Of a stretch of 64,000 bases of DNA, positions 16,406-24,595 are shown piece after piece. The translations under genes and the position numbers were made by a program. The notes beneath the pieces are model-generated. The model was not told the origin of the DNA and ran no database searches. It saw only the letters and a list, made by a program, of their open reading frames with translations. This stretch comes from Clostridiales bacterium Firm_07 (GTDB taxonomy: Bacteria > Bacillota > Clostridia > Oscillospirales > CAG-272): assembly GCA_001604005.1 (NCBI GenBank), contig LVAM01000010.1, positions 85,244-149,243 of the forward strand. Direction: 5' to 3'. Position 1 is the first letter of the stretch, and every line of letters starts with the position of its first letter.

Positions 16406-18577
16406 TTAAATTCGGTAGGTCACTTCTGTGACGATGTTGCGGACAAAACTCACCATATCCATCACAAGAGAGGTGAAGAGGATCGCCAAGAACATAATGA
16501 ACGCCATACCCACGATGGTGCCGAGCGTCGTCACCAAGTTCTTCGGCACGGTATATCCGTGCGTCACCATCATACCGAAGAAGATGAGGAATCCGGTCCA
16601 AATGAAGCCGAGCGTCACGATGACGGAGAGAATGTCGGTTTCAGCGGAGGTGACGAAGTTGGAAAGCAACGTGGTGGGAATGACTGTCAGCACCAGCGGG
16701 AAGAGCGAATAGCCGATGCCGATAAAGATATCCTTGAAACTGCCTTCGCCTTCAAACAGGGTGGTCAAGCACCAGTTGGCAACGGCAAACAGCATAACCG
16801 GCACCACCACGACAAGCAGTTGCATAAAGATCGTGGAGTATTGCCCTTTCGGGTTCATCACGTAGCCGCGACCGACACTGCGGTAAAAGAGTGCGATGAC
16901 CGCAAGCCCCATCATCGTCAGCGCGCCGCGGATCGAGCCGCGTTTCTCGTGTTTCAGGTCCCAATAGCCGTCAAACGGGTGGAACATCAAGTGGAAGACA
17001 AAGAGTATTTCCTCTTTATACGTCCGTTTGCCCGCCGTGATCGAAGCCCTTTTGTTGACTTTCGCCGCATAGCGTAAGAATCTGCCGATACCGAAGCACA
17101 GCAATCCGATCGCAATGGGAATGAGCAGGAAGAATTTTGCCATCCACTCCTTGCGCAATTCCTTATACGCGTCGGAATAGTTGTCGACGTCGTAGGCGGA
17201 CTTATAGTATTTGAGCGCCTCCGCGTATTTGCCGCTGCGGAACAGCGATTGACCGATGCCGATATAGGCGGCGTCATAGTTGGAGTTGCGCATCAGGATC
17301 TCTTTCCAATCCTCAATGGCAAGGTCGTAAAGACGCTCGTTTTGATGATGCAGCGCCTGGATCAGCGCGTCGCCGTACTCGGTACGGTTAAAGACCGTGA
17401 TCCGCTGGTTGGTGTTGGAGCCCGAAAGCACCAGCATCGTGTCCTCCTGATAAGCAACCGCGCGAATGTCTTCCAAGTTGCCGAGCTGCGTGCCCTGATC
17501 GCCGAACGCGAAGAGCAGGTTGCCGTCGTAATCATACGTATAGAGTTTGTTGCGTTTGGAGTCCACGATGGTCCAAGTCTGCTCCGGACCGCAGGCGACG
17601 TCGGTGATACGGGAAACACCGTCGTACGTCTTATTGTATTCGTTGATATAATCTACCTCACCGGCAGGCGGCCAAAAGCCGTTGCGGCGCATGATCTCGT
17701 CACCGGCGGGGTTCAGCAGTTTACAAGGCGCGTAAAGACCGCTGGTGCTTTGATTTTTGATGGCGCCTTCCATTTTTTTGACCAACTCGGAGGCGTAGAT
17801 CGTCACATAGATGAATCCACGCTCGTTGATGTCGATGTTATTATAAGGATAGGAAATGACTGTCACGTTACGCGCGCGCTGTTCCGCGGTCTGAAAGCGC
17901 TTCCAGATCTGCGCCCACACCGAAGTGACGGATTGCTGCGCGCCGATAAAGCCGGTAAACTCGCCTTTATCGGTCATCACGATGATACCCTCGTTGGTTT
18001 CGGAGGAAACGACAAACAATCTGTCATAGCGGTCCACCGCGATAGCGACCGGCCAATAGATGGCGTCTTGCCCGAAGAGTTCGGATTCCGGCGCTTCGAT
18101 CACCGAGTCAAACTCGCCCGAACGCGTGAAAGTCAGAACGCGGGAAGCCTCGGTGTCGCACACGAAAATGCGCCCCGCATATTTCACTTCTCCGCCCTCA
18201 TAGCGGTCTTCCGTCACGAAAACGCCTTGCGGTCTGTGGAAGGTGTCCAGTTTTCCCTGGTCGTTGATAAACGTGGAAATTTCAAACCGCACGCGATAGT
18301 AGCGGTCGAGGCAAATGACGCGGTTTTGGTCCGTATCCGCAATGTACACGTTGCCTTCATTATCCACGACAAGGTCGCTCGCATTGCTGATTTTCTGCGT
18401 CAATCCCATTGCCGCCGCGTCGATGGTTTTCACCGCCGTGTAGGCGTCGGGAGAATACAGCGCCTTGCCTCCGATCGAATAGGTATATGTCTGATAGGCT
18501 CTTGCCGCTCCCACCGGAACGGAAGCGATCATCAGAAAGACGAATAGCAGACAGAATACCGAAATCAGTTTTTTCAC
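16406..18577 (-). CDS. NHL-repeat beta-propeller / TPR / Yip1-domain membrane protein
   Basis: 723 aa. GTG start follows GAAAGGGG. Signal-like N-terminus. About six repeats of the NHL type (NVYIADTDQNRVICLD, RIFVCDTEASRVLTF, and others). A TPR-like segment (YAEALKYYKSAY). The C-terminal ~230 aa has about 5 TM helices and HPFDGYWDLKHEKRG, which is typical of bacterial Yip1-family proteins from memory. Confidence 0.65.
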   Translation of the reverse strand: MKKLISVFCLLFVFLMIASVPVGAARAYQTYTYSIGGKALYSPDAYTAVKTIDAAAMGLTQKISNASDLVVDNEGNVYIADTDQNRVICLDRYYRVRFEISTFINDQGKLDTFHRPQGVFVTEDRYEGGEVKYAGRIFVCDTEASRVLTFTRSGEFDSVIEAPESELFGQDAIYWPVAIAVDRYDRLFVVSSETNEGIIVMTDKGEFTGFIGAQQSVTSVWAQIWKRFQTAEQRARNVTVISYPYNNIDINERGFIYVTIYASELVKKMEGAIKNQSTSGLYAPCKLLNPAGDEIMRRNGFWPPAGEVDYINEYNKTYDGVSRITDVACGPEQTWTIVDSKRNKLYTYDYDGNLLFAFGDQGTQLGNLEDIRAVAYQEDTMLVLSGSNTNQRITVFNRTEYGDALIQALHHQNERLYDLAIEDWKEILMRNSNYDAAYIGIGQSLFRSGKYAEALKYYKSAYDVDNYSDAYKELRKEWMAKFFLLIPIAIGLLCFGIGRFLRYAAKVNKRASITAGKRTYKEEILFVFHLMFHPFDGYWDLKHEKRGSIRGALTMMGLAVIALFYRSVGRGYVMNPKGQYSTIFMQLLVVVVPVMLFAVANWCLTTLFEGEGSFKDIFIGIGYSLFPLVLTVIPTTLLSNFVTSAETDILSVIVTLGFIWTGFLIFFGMMVTHGYTVPKNLVTTLGTIVGMAFIMFLAILFTSLVMDMVSFVRNIVTEVTYRI

Positions 18578-18592
18578 TGTTATTCCCCTTTC

Positions 18593-19468
18593 TTAGTCTT
18601 TCATACCGGACGAACCCATCGTCTCGATAACGTTGGATTGCGAAATGACGAACACCATGATCGGAACCAGCATCATAATGACCATCGAAGCGGCGTGTGC
18701 GCCGGCGCGCTTGATACCGCCCGCCATGATCTGACCGATGGCGTAGTTGAAGGATTTGAGCTGTTCCGAATGGATATAGATCGAAGATCCTTTTTTCCAA
18801 AGATCCTGGAACGAATAAATGATCAGCGTGAGCCAAGCGGGTTTGACCATCGGCATCGCGATCACCCAGAAGGTGCGCAGTTCGCTCGCGCCGTCAAGGC
18901 GCGCCGATTCCAGCACCGCGTCCGACACGTTGGTCTCCATAAACTGTTTCATCAGGTAAAGACCGAGCGAGGTCGCCCACGCGGGCACGATGATCGCCCA
19001 GTACGTATCCACCCAGTGCAGCGCACTCATAATGATAAAGGAAGTGATCGCCGTCACCGTGGAGTGGAACATCAGCGAAGTACGGACGGTTTTGAACATT
19101 GTCTTGCCGCCCGGGAACTTGATCTTCGCCATCGCGTAAGCCGCGAGAGAGGAGAAGAAAAGGTTTCCGCAGGTGCCGACGACCGAGGTAAAGACCGTAT
19201 TGAAAATGTAACGGGAGAACGGCACCCACGAGGTGTTCATTAAGGTAAAGAGATCTCGATAGTTTTTGAACGTGGGGTGACGCACGATGAATCTCGGCGG
19301 GAACATCCAAAGTTCATCAAGCGGTTTGAGGGATTGCAACACCACGTAAAGCATCGGCAGGAACATAAACGCGCCCAAGAGCGTCAGCACGATGGTGATG
19401 CCCGTATCGCCGCCGGCGGAGCGGTTGAGTACGACCTTGTGGTTTCTTGTTCTTAATTTTCTTGACAT
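18593..19468 (-). CDS. Carbohydrate ABC transporter permease (MalG type), first pair
   Basis: 291 aa. EAA loop ESARLDGASELRTFWVIAMPMVKP. Six predicted TM helices. Confidence 0.9.
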   Translation of the reverse strand: MSRKLRTRNHKVVLNRSAGGDTGITIVLTLLGAFMFLPMLYVVLQSLKPLDELWMFPPRFIVRHPTFKNYRDLFTLMNTSWVPFSRYIFNTVFTSVVGTCGNLFFSSLAAYAMAKIKFPGGKTMFKTVRTSLMFHSTVTAITSFIIMSALHWVDTYWAIIVPAWATSLGLYLMKQFMETNVSDAVLESARLDGASELRTFWVIAMPMVKPAWLTLIIYSFQDLWKKGSSIYIHSEQLKSFNYAIGQIMAGGIKRAGAHAASMVIMMLVPIMVFVISQSNVIETMGSSGMKD

Positions 19469-19469
19469 A

Positions 19470-20405
19470 TCACGAACCCACCTTCGACAGCATTTTCTTG
19501 ACCAGCATATTGGATCCGATCATGATGGCGAACAGCACAACGGCGATCGCCGAAGAATAACCGACCTCAAAACGAATACCGCCGTAATCGTCGAGATGGT
19601 GCATAATGGTATGCGCCGCGTAATCCACAGAGGGGAAGCCGGCAAGGTCCGTCACCACGCCGCCGAAGCCGAATGCCGCGGTAATGGACATGATCGCGCC
19701 GAACATCAGCTGCGGGCGCATCGAGGGCAATGTGATATACCACAACTCCTGCCAACGGTTTTTGACGCCGTCCACCGCGCCTGCTTCGTACATCGAGTGA
19801 TCGATGCCCTGCAAGCCGGCGATAAACGACAGGAACGAGGTACCGAGAGACGTCCAAATGGCGACCACGATACACAGCGGCATAACGTAGGAAGCATCCT
19901 TGAACCAGTGTATCTCTTTTGTAATGAGTCCCAAATTGAGCAACGTACCGTTCACCCAACCATAAGAGTCGCTCGAGAAGAGCGTGCCCCAAATCAGGTA
20001 CACCTGACCGGAAATGGAGGGGGAATAGAAGACCAGCGTCACGGCGGCGCGGATCTTGGGAGGCAGCTCGTTGATGAACCACGCCACAAGCAATGACATC
20101 AAATACGAGGCGGGGCCCACGATGATGGCGAAAATGAGGGTGTTTTTGCAGGCGATCACGAAAATATCGTCATCAAGGAAGAGGCGGATGTAGTTATCGA
20201 GGAAGACGAAATCCGGCACTTCCAAAAGGTTGAAGTCCGTAAAACTGACCACGATCGAAAGCAGCACGGGAATCACGGTAAAGAGCGTAAAGATGATCAT
20301 ATAAGGCGCGACCATAAAGTAAGCGACCTTGTTGCGCTTTATCTCTTTCCACGTCCATTGCGCTTTTGTCATATCAGAGCGGATAACCGCTTTTTTCTTT
20401 GACAT
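19470..20405 (-). CDS. Sugar ABC transporter permease (MalF type), first pair
   Basis: 311 aa. EAA loop EAGAVDGVKNRWQELWYITLPSMRP. RBS is AAGGAGAG. Confidence 0.9.
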   Translation of the reverse strand: MSKKKAVIRSDMTKAQWTWKEIKRNKVAYFMVAPYMIIFTLFTVIPVLLSIVVSFTDFNLLEVPDFVFLDNYIRLFLDDDIFVIACKNTLIFAIIVGPASYLMSLLVAWFINELPPKIRAAVTLVFYSPSISGQVYLIWGTLFSSDSYGWVNGTLLNLGLITKEIHWFKDASYVMPLCIVVAIWTSLGTSFLSFIAGLQGIDHSMYEAGAVDGVKNRWQELWYITLPSMRPQLMFGAIMSITAAFGFGGVVTDLAGFPSVDYAAHTIMHHLDDYGGIRFEVGYSSAIAVVLFAIMIGSNMLVKKMLSKVGS

Positions 20406-20449
20406 TGTTTCTCTCCTTATCGCGCAGAATTATAATAAATGTAACCGTT

Positions 20450-23400
20450 TCAGCGATTGAGCACTGCGGCGGCACGGCGGAGCGCCGTGATGGTGGAAGC
20501 AAACGCCTGCGCATTGACGCTCTCAAACGCGGCGGCGGCATTTTCCAGCGCCACCGAGTTTTGATCCTCAATGCCTTCGCGCATCATCGAATATGCCAGC
20601 GCGGCGGCGTTTTTCGTTCCGTCGTCCATATGCTTCGTATCGCTCTTGTAAGCGTCTTCCGCTTCGTCCAAGCGTTTGGACGCCAAAGTCTGACCGATCT
20701 CCAGTGTTTCCAGATCAAACTCGGCACGCTTGCGCGTAATTTCCTTGTTGATAATGGTGATATAACTCTGCAATTCCGTAACGGGGTCGGCGTTATCGTT
20801 GAGCGCCGCAAGGAAAGCGAAGTTGGTATAACGGTCGATGATATAACTGCCGGGATAGTTCGGAATGGAGGCAAGATTGCGGAACTGATAAGAAAGCTGC
20901 GTATATTCCTCGTTGGTCCATGGCATCTGGTCAAGCGCCTTGATGTTGGCGGTGGCGTGTTTTGCCGAAGGACCGATGATGGCGACCATCTCGTTGGAAT
21001 AACTCGATTGACAACGCACGCCCGCGTGCCATTTCATGAACTCCCACGCACGGGCTTTCCGCGCCTCGTCTTTTTCCAGTCCGGAGCCCGCCAACATCAC
21101 GATGGCGGAAACCGAGGACACCGAAACGTTGTTGATATAGGTATTGCCGTCCGCGTCGACCTGCTCGATACCGGGCATCGGCAGGAACTGCCAGAGACCC
21201 TTGATCTCGGTGGCAAAGACCGTCAAGTGGTTGTAGGTGCCGTTATAAGCGGCAAAACCGATCGGCATTTCGCCGGTGCGGAAACGGTTGGCGAAGTTGT
21301 AATCATAGGGGAACGAATACATCGTAAAGAAGTTGCACATCGTCTCAAAGGCTTCAAGACCGACGTTGGAATCCAAATTGATGCGCATACCGTTATCGGC
21401 AAAGAGTTCGCCGCCCATTTGATAAAGGAACACTTTATAGTCGGTGTGCATACCGATCTGCATGTTGTTTGCCTGCAAGATCGGGATCGCCGCGAGAATA
21501 TCGTCCCACGTCTTCGGAATGTCGATATTCAGGTTGGCGAGGATATCCTTGCGCACGAACATCATATTGAAGTTCTGCGTTTCGGGAATTCCGTAATAAT
21601 GGAAGTCGCCCGCGGCGTCCGCGATACCCAGCACCATCATTGCCGCTTCGTTAAACTCGGCGTTGGGATTGACGATCGGTTTGCCCGCCTCGTCGTAAAC
21701 CTTGTTGAAATGTTCGTCTACCTTATAATAAAGCGCGAAATCTTCAAACCCTTCCATCCTTTCGATGGGCAACAGGGCACCACGGATGGCGTAGTTGATC
21801 ACGTCGCCCTGCCCCACGCCGATATAGACGTCGGGGCCCATACCCGCGAGCACCGAGGGGAGCAACGTGCCGCCCGCGACAAGTTTTAGGTTGACGGTGG
21901 TACCGAGCGCGCTGTTGGGAGAATAATCGTTGTTGATCAGGTTGCGAATGACCTGCGCCTGGTCACGACCGTACGCAAGCCATACGTTGATCACGTGTTC
22001 GCCCTCTTCGTCTTCGACCGTCGCGCCCATACGGTTATAGTTGCGGAAGAAAGACATAAAGAAGCTGCGGATCTCGTGCCAAAGCGAGGCAAAGAATTTG
22101 GCGCGTGCGCGGGGAGCCTCGCCTCCCTCCGGCTGAATGATCAGATAATCGAGTTGAAGCGGTTGCGTTTTGGCGTCGCCGAGCCAGGTGCCGAGCGAGC
22201 CGATATAGGATTTGAGTTGTTCGAGATATTTGGCGACCTGATCCTCGTCGCTGCCCATACGGGTGAGGAGCCACGCCACTTTTTCAAGCGTTGCCACGTT
22301 GGAGCTCTTCTGCCCCGCGATCGCGGCAAGTTCCGCCGCGACGCCGGTCGTTTCACCGGTTTCGGGATCTTGATAATACAGCGCGCGCGCTTGCAGAATC
22401 ATATCGATCATCACGTCGGGCATCACGCGCGAAAAGCCGTATTCACGGGTTTCGTCGGGATCGGCGCCCGTCAGTTTGATGATGGCGAGATAGTCTTTGT
22501 TGACCGCGGTCAGGATATGCTCCACGCGGCGGACGATATCGCCCATCGAACCGAGCGTCACTTCCATCTCGATCGTATATTCGACGCCCGCTTCAAAGTA
22601 AAAGCTGTACGCAAGCGGTTTTCCGTCGGCGCCGGTCGTGCCGTCGTTGAGGAGCGTGGATTGCCAGTTGCTGTCATAGTTAAAGCGGAGTTGGGAAGCC
22701 TCAAAGAAGGGAATCGAACCGTCGTAATAACCAAGCGATCCGGGATCCGCCCCGTTGCTTGAAATGTACAGCGAGCGGCAGGTGTACATACCGTCCAGCA
22801 CGTTCTGACGGTAGCGAGCGGCGATATTGTACATACCGCTGCTGTTCACTTTGAAGGAATAGCGCACCCACTGCCCCGCCGTCTGCCATTTTTCACCGCC
22901 GATGGTGTTCAGCACCGTGCGGGTGGTGTCGGCAGGCATCGTGGCGGCGTCGGTGCGATCCTCGATGGGATACACCGTCTGCGTGGAGGACGCGGCGGCA
23001 TACTCGGCTTGGATCGTAATGGAATCCTGACCGGCGCCCTGCCCCGCATAGCGCGCAAGATACTGCTCATAGGTAACAAGGTCGGTGTGCGGCACCAAGC
23101 GAATGCGACGGATCGTCATCGGCTCGTTGACCGCTTGCAGAGAAAGTGTCTGGGTGCCCGCCTCGAAAACGAACTCAAAGCTTTCGGCGTAAAATCCGTC
23201 GGCGTCGCGCAGCTCGTAGGAACGCCATTCGGGCGATTGCACCATATCGGGGCGGAGTTCGTTGCGGTCGATATCGCTCGCAAAGAAGCGCACGGTGTAT
23301 TTATCGACGTAAGCGGTCATCGCGGCGGTCCAAACTTCCGGTATCGTAAGCCGAGCGCCGAAATCGGTTTTCTCCGCGTCGGCAAAGCCTGCCGCGACAG

Positions 23401-23953
23401 CTTCGTTGTAAATGGTTTCCGGCGAGATCTTGCCTTTCGTATCCCGCACTTCCGCCGTGATGTAATTGTTCTTCCAAATCTTCGGCAGCGTGATGTAGCG
23501 CGCTTCGGCAAAGGGGATCTCATCGTTGATTTTGAGAATACGCTCGATCGAAGCGACTTTCGCCACGTCGGGCCAATATTCGATCACGATGCTGTATTTC
23601 GCCGTTGCGGGAATGTTCACCTTCCAAGTGACCGTTCCGACCGTGGGCGTGTAAAGCCCGACGGAGCCCTCCTGCGTCGCCTCGTGCACGGGTGTGGTGC
23701 CCAGCGTGGAGAGTTCGGGATCGTATGCCGTGCCCTCTATGACGATCTCCTCCGTTGCGCGGGGAATATCCGCCATATTGGCGCGATAGGTTTCATACGA
23801 AATCGCGTTCAATTGCTTTTTGATCTCTTCCGTCGTCGCGTCCGTCACGGATCCGCCGGTTTCAGCCGACACGCCGACGGCAAAGACACCGCCGAGCAAG
23901 AGAGAAACGGCAAGCAGAAGCGCCAGCAATCTTTGAATTCGTTTGCTCTTCAT
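20450..23953 (-). CDS. Giant extracellular solute-binding protein with an N-terminal carbohydrate-binding-module-like extension
   Basis: 1167 aa from the ATG at 23953, preceded by GGAGGAGG; the longer ORF in the track has no RBS. Signal peptide MKSKRIQRLLALLLAVSLLLGGVFAVGVSA has no lipobox Cys. The N-terminal half contains two segments with CBM6/35-like signatures (YSIVIEYW..., GMYNIAARYRQN...). The C-terminal half resembles SBP family 1 (VWLAYGRDQ..., KVFLYQMGGELF...). Confidence 0.7.
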   Translation of the reverse strand: MKSKRIQRLLALLLAVSLLLGGVFAVGVSAETGGSVTDATTEEIKKQLNAISYETYRANMADIPRATEEIVIEGTAYDPELSTLGTTPVHEATQEGSVGLYTPTVGTVTWKVNIPATAKYSIVIEYWPDVAKVASIERILKINDEIPFAEARYITLPKIWKNNYITAEVRDTKGKISPETIYNEAVAAGFADAEKTDFGARLTIPEVWTAAMTAYVDKYTVRFFASDIDRNELRPDMVQSPEWRSYELRDADGFYAESFEFVFEAGTQTLSLQAVNEPMTIRRIRLVPHTDLVTYEQYLARYAGQGAGQDSITIQAEYAAASSTQTVYPIEDRTDAATMPADTTRTVLNTIGGEKWQTAGQWVRYSFKVNSSGMYNIAARYRQNVLDGMYTCRSLYISSNGADPGSLGYYDGSIPFFEASQLRFNYDSNWQSTLLNDGTTGADGKPLAYSFYFEAGVEYTIEMEVTLGSMGDIVRRVEHILTAVNKDYLAIIKLTGADPDETREYGFSRVMPDVMIDMILQARALYYQDPETGETTGVAAELAAIAGQKSSNVATLEKVAWLLTRMGSDEDQVAKYLEQLKSYIGSLGTWLGDAKTQPLQLDYLIIQPEGGEAPRARAKFFASLWHEIRSFFMSFFRNYNRMGATVEDEEGEHVINVWLAYGRDQAQVIRNLINNDYSPNSALGTTVNLKLVAGGTLLPSVLAGMGPDVYIGVGQGDVINYAIRGALLPIERMEGFEDFALYYKVDEHFNKVYDEAGKPIVNPNAEFNEAAMMVLGIADAAGDFHYYGIPETQNFNMMFVRKDILANLNIDIPKTWDDILAAIPILQANNMQIGMHTDYKVFLYQMGGELFADNGMRINLDSNVGLEAFETMCNFFTMYSFPYDYNFANRFRTGEMPIGFAAYNGTYNHLTVFATEIKGLWQFLPMPGIEQVDADGNTYINNVSVSSVSAIVMLAGSGLEKDEARKARAWEFMKWHAGVRCQSSYSNEMVAIIGPSAKHATANIKALDQMPWTNEEYTQLSYQFRNLASIPNYPGSYIIDRYTNFAFLAALNDNADPVTELQSYITIINKEITRKRAEFDLETLEIGQTLASKRLDEAEDAYKSDTKHMDDGTKNAAALAYSMMREGIEDQNSVALENAAAAFESVNAQAFASTITALRRAAAVLNR

Positions 23954-24074
23954 ATTTTCCTCCTCCGGTGGACGGGGAACTCCGCGCCCCGCCCTTCTGA
24001 CATTGCCGAAACGCGGGAAAAGCCGCATTCCGCAATCAAGGCACGCCTTGCGGCGCGCCCTGCTGATTGCTCCC

Positions 24075-24104
24075 ATTTTACCATATGGCAAGCATAAAAG
24101 TCAA
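24075..24104 (-). promoter_or_regulatory. Sigma-A-type promoter of the ABC locus
   Basis: Minus strand reads TTGACT (24104-24099), an 18-nt spacer, then TAAAAT (24080-24075), about 120 nt upstream of the SBP ATG. Confidence 0.5.
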
Positions 24105-24115
24105 GAATAAAATTC

Positions 24116-24182
24116 GCGCCCATACGCGCTCACGCGCGTATGGGCGCTCTCTTTTCGAGCGCGCCGCACGCGCGCTTTTTTT
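24116..24182. terminator. Two tandem GC-rich hairpins (insulating, probably bidirectional terminators)
   Basis: Hairpin 1 has perfect 14-bp arms GCGCCCATACGCGC/GCGCGTATGGGCGC (24116-24147) and is followed on the minus strand by GAAUUUUAUUCUU. Hairpin 2 has a 7-bp stem (24158-24176) followed by T7 on the plus strand. Confidence 0.55.
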
Positions 24183-24550
24183 GGTTGCAACATTTCACCG
24201 TTTTGTCACTTTGAGCACATTGCAAAATGTCGTTCTTTAAAAAGTAAATTATATTTACCGCAACAAAATACCATTGCTCTTTTTATGCGGTCGTATCGTC
24301 TCTTTCCGTCGTTTTTCACAAAAGATTCAAAATCCCGTCAAGATGTGTAAATTATATTTAACTCCTCTCGGCATTCTCCCTGCTTCTTCGCGCTTTTTCG
24401 CCGTCTTTTCGCAAAAAAGCACCCGCGCCGATTTTTTGTCTGTTTTGCACAAAAAACGCGTAAAATTTTCTACACGCATCAAAAGCGCGAAAAACAGCAA
24501 ATTCACATTTCATTCATTTTTAGAAGCGTTTTTCTCTCTTTCTTTGCCGC

Positions 24551-24590
24551 ATAGAAAAAGACCGGATCTCGGCGATCCGGTCTTAAAAAA
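24551..24590 (-). terminator. Intrinsic terminator of the 1409-aa gene
   Basis: AAGACCGGATC-loop-GATCCGGTCTT, followed on the minus strand by TTTTCT, 6 nt after the stop codon. Confidence 0.8.
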
Positions 24591-24595
24591 CTTAA

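Noticed and set aside
24116-24182. GC hairpins as a riboswitch or attenuator in the leader of the ABC operon
   Set aside because: A reasonable promoter (TTGACT-18-TAAAAT, 24075-24104) lies downstream of the hairpins. They are therefore more simply read as insulating terminators upstream of the promoter. This remains testable by 5'-end mapping.
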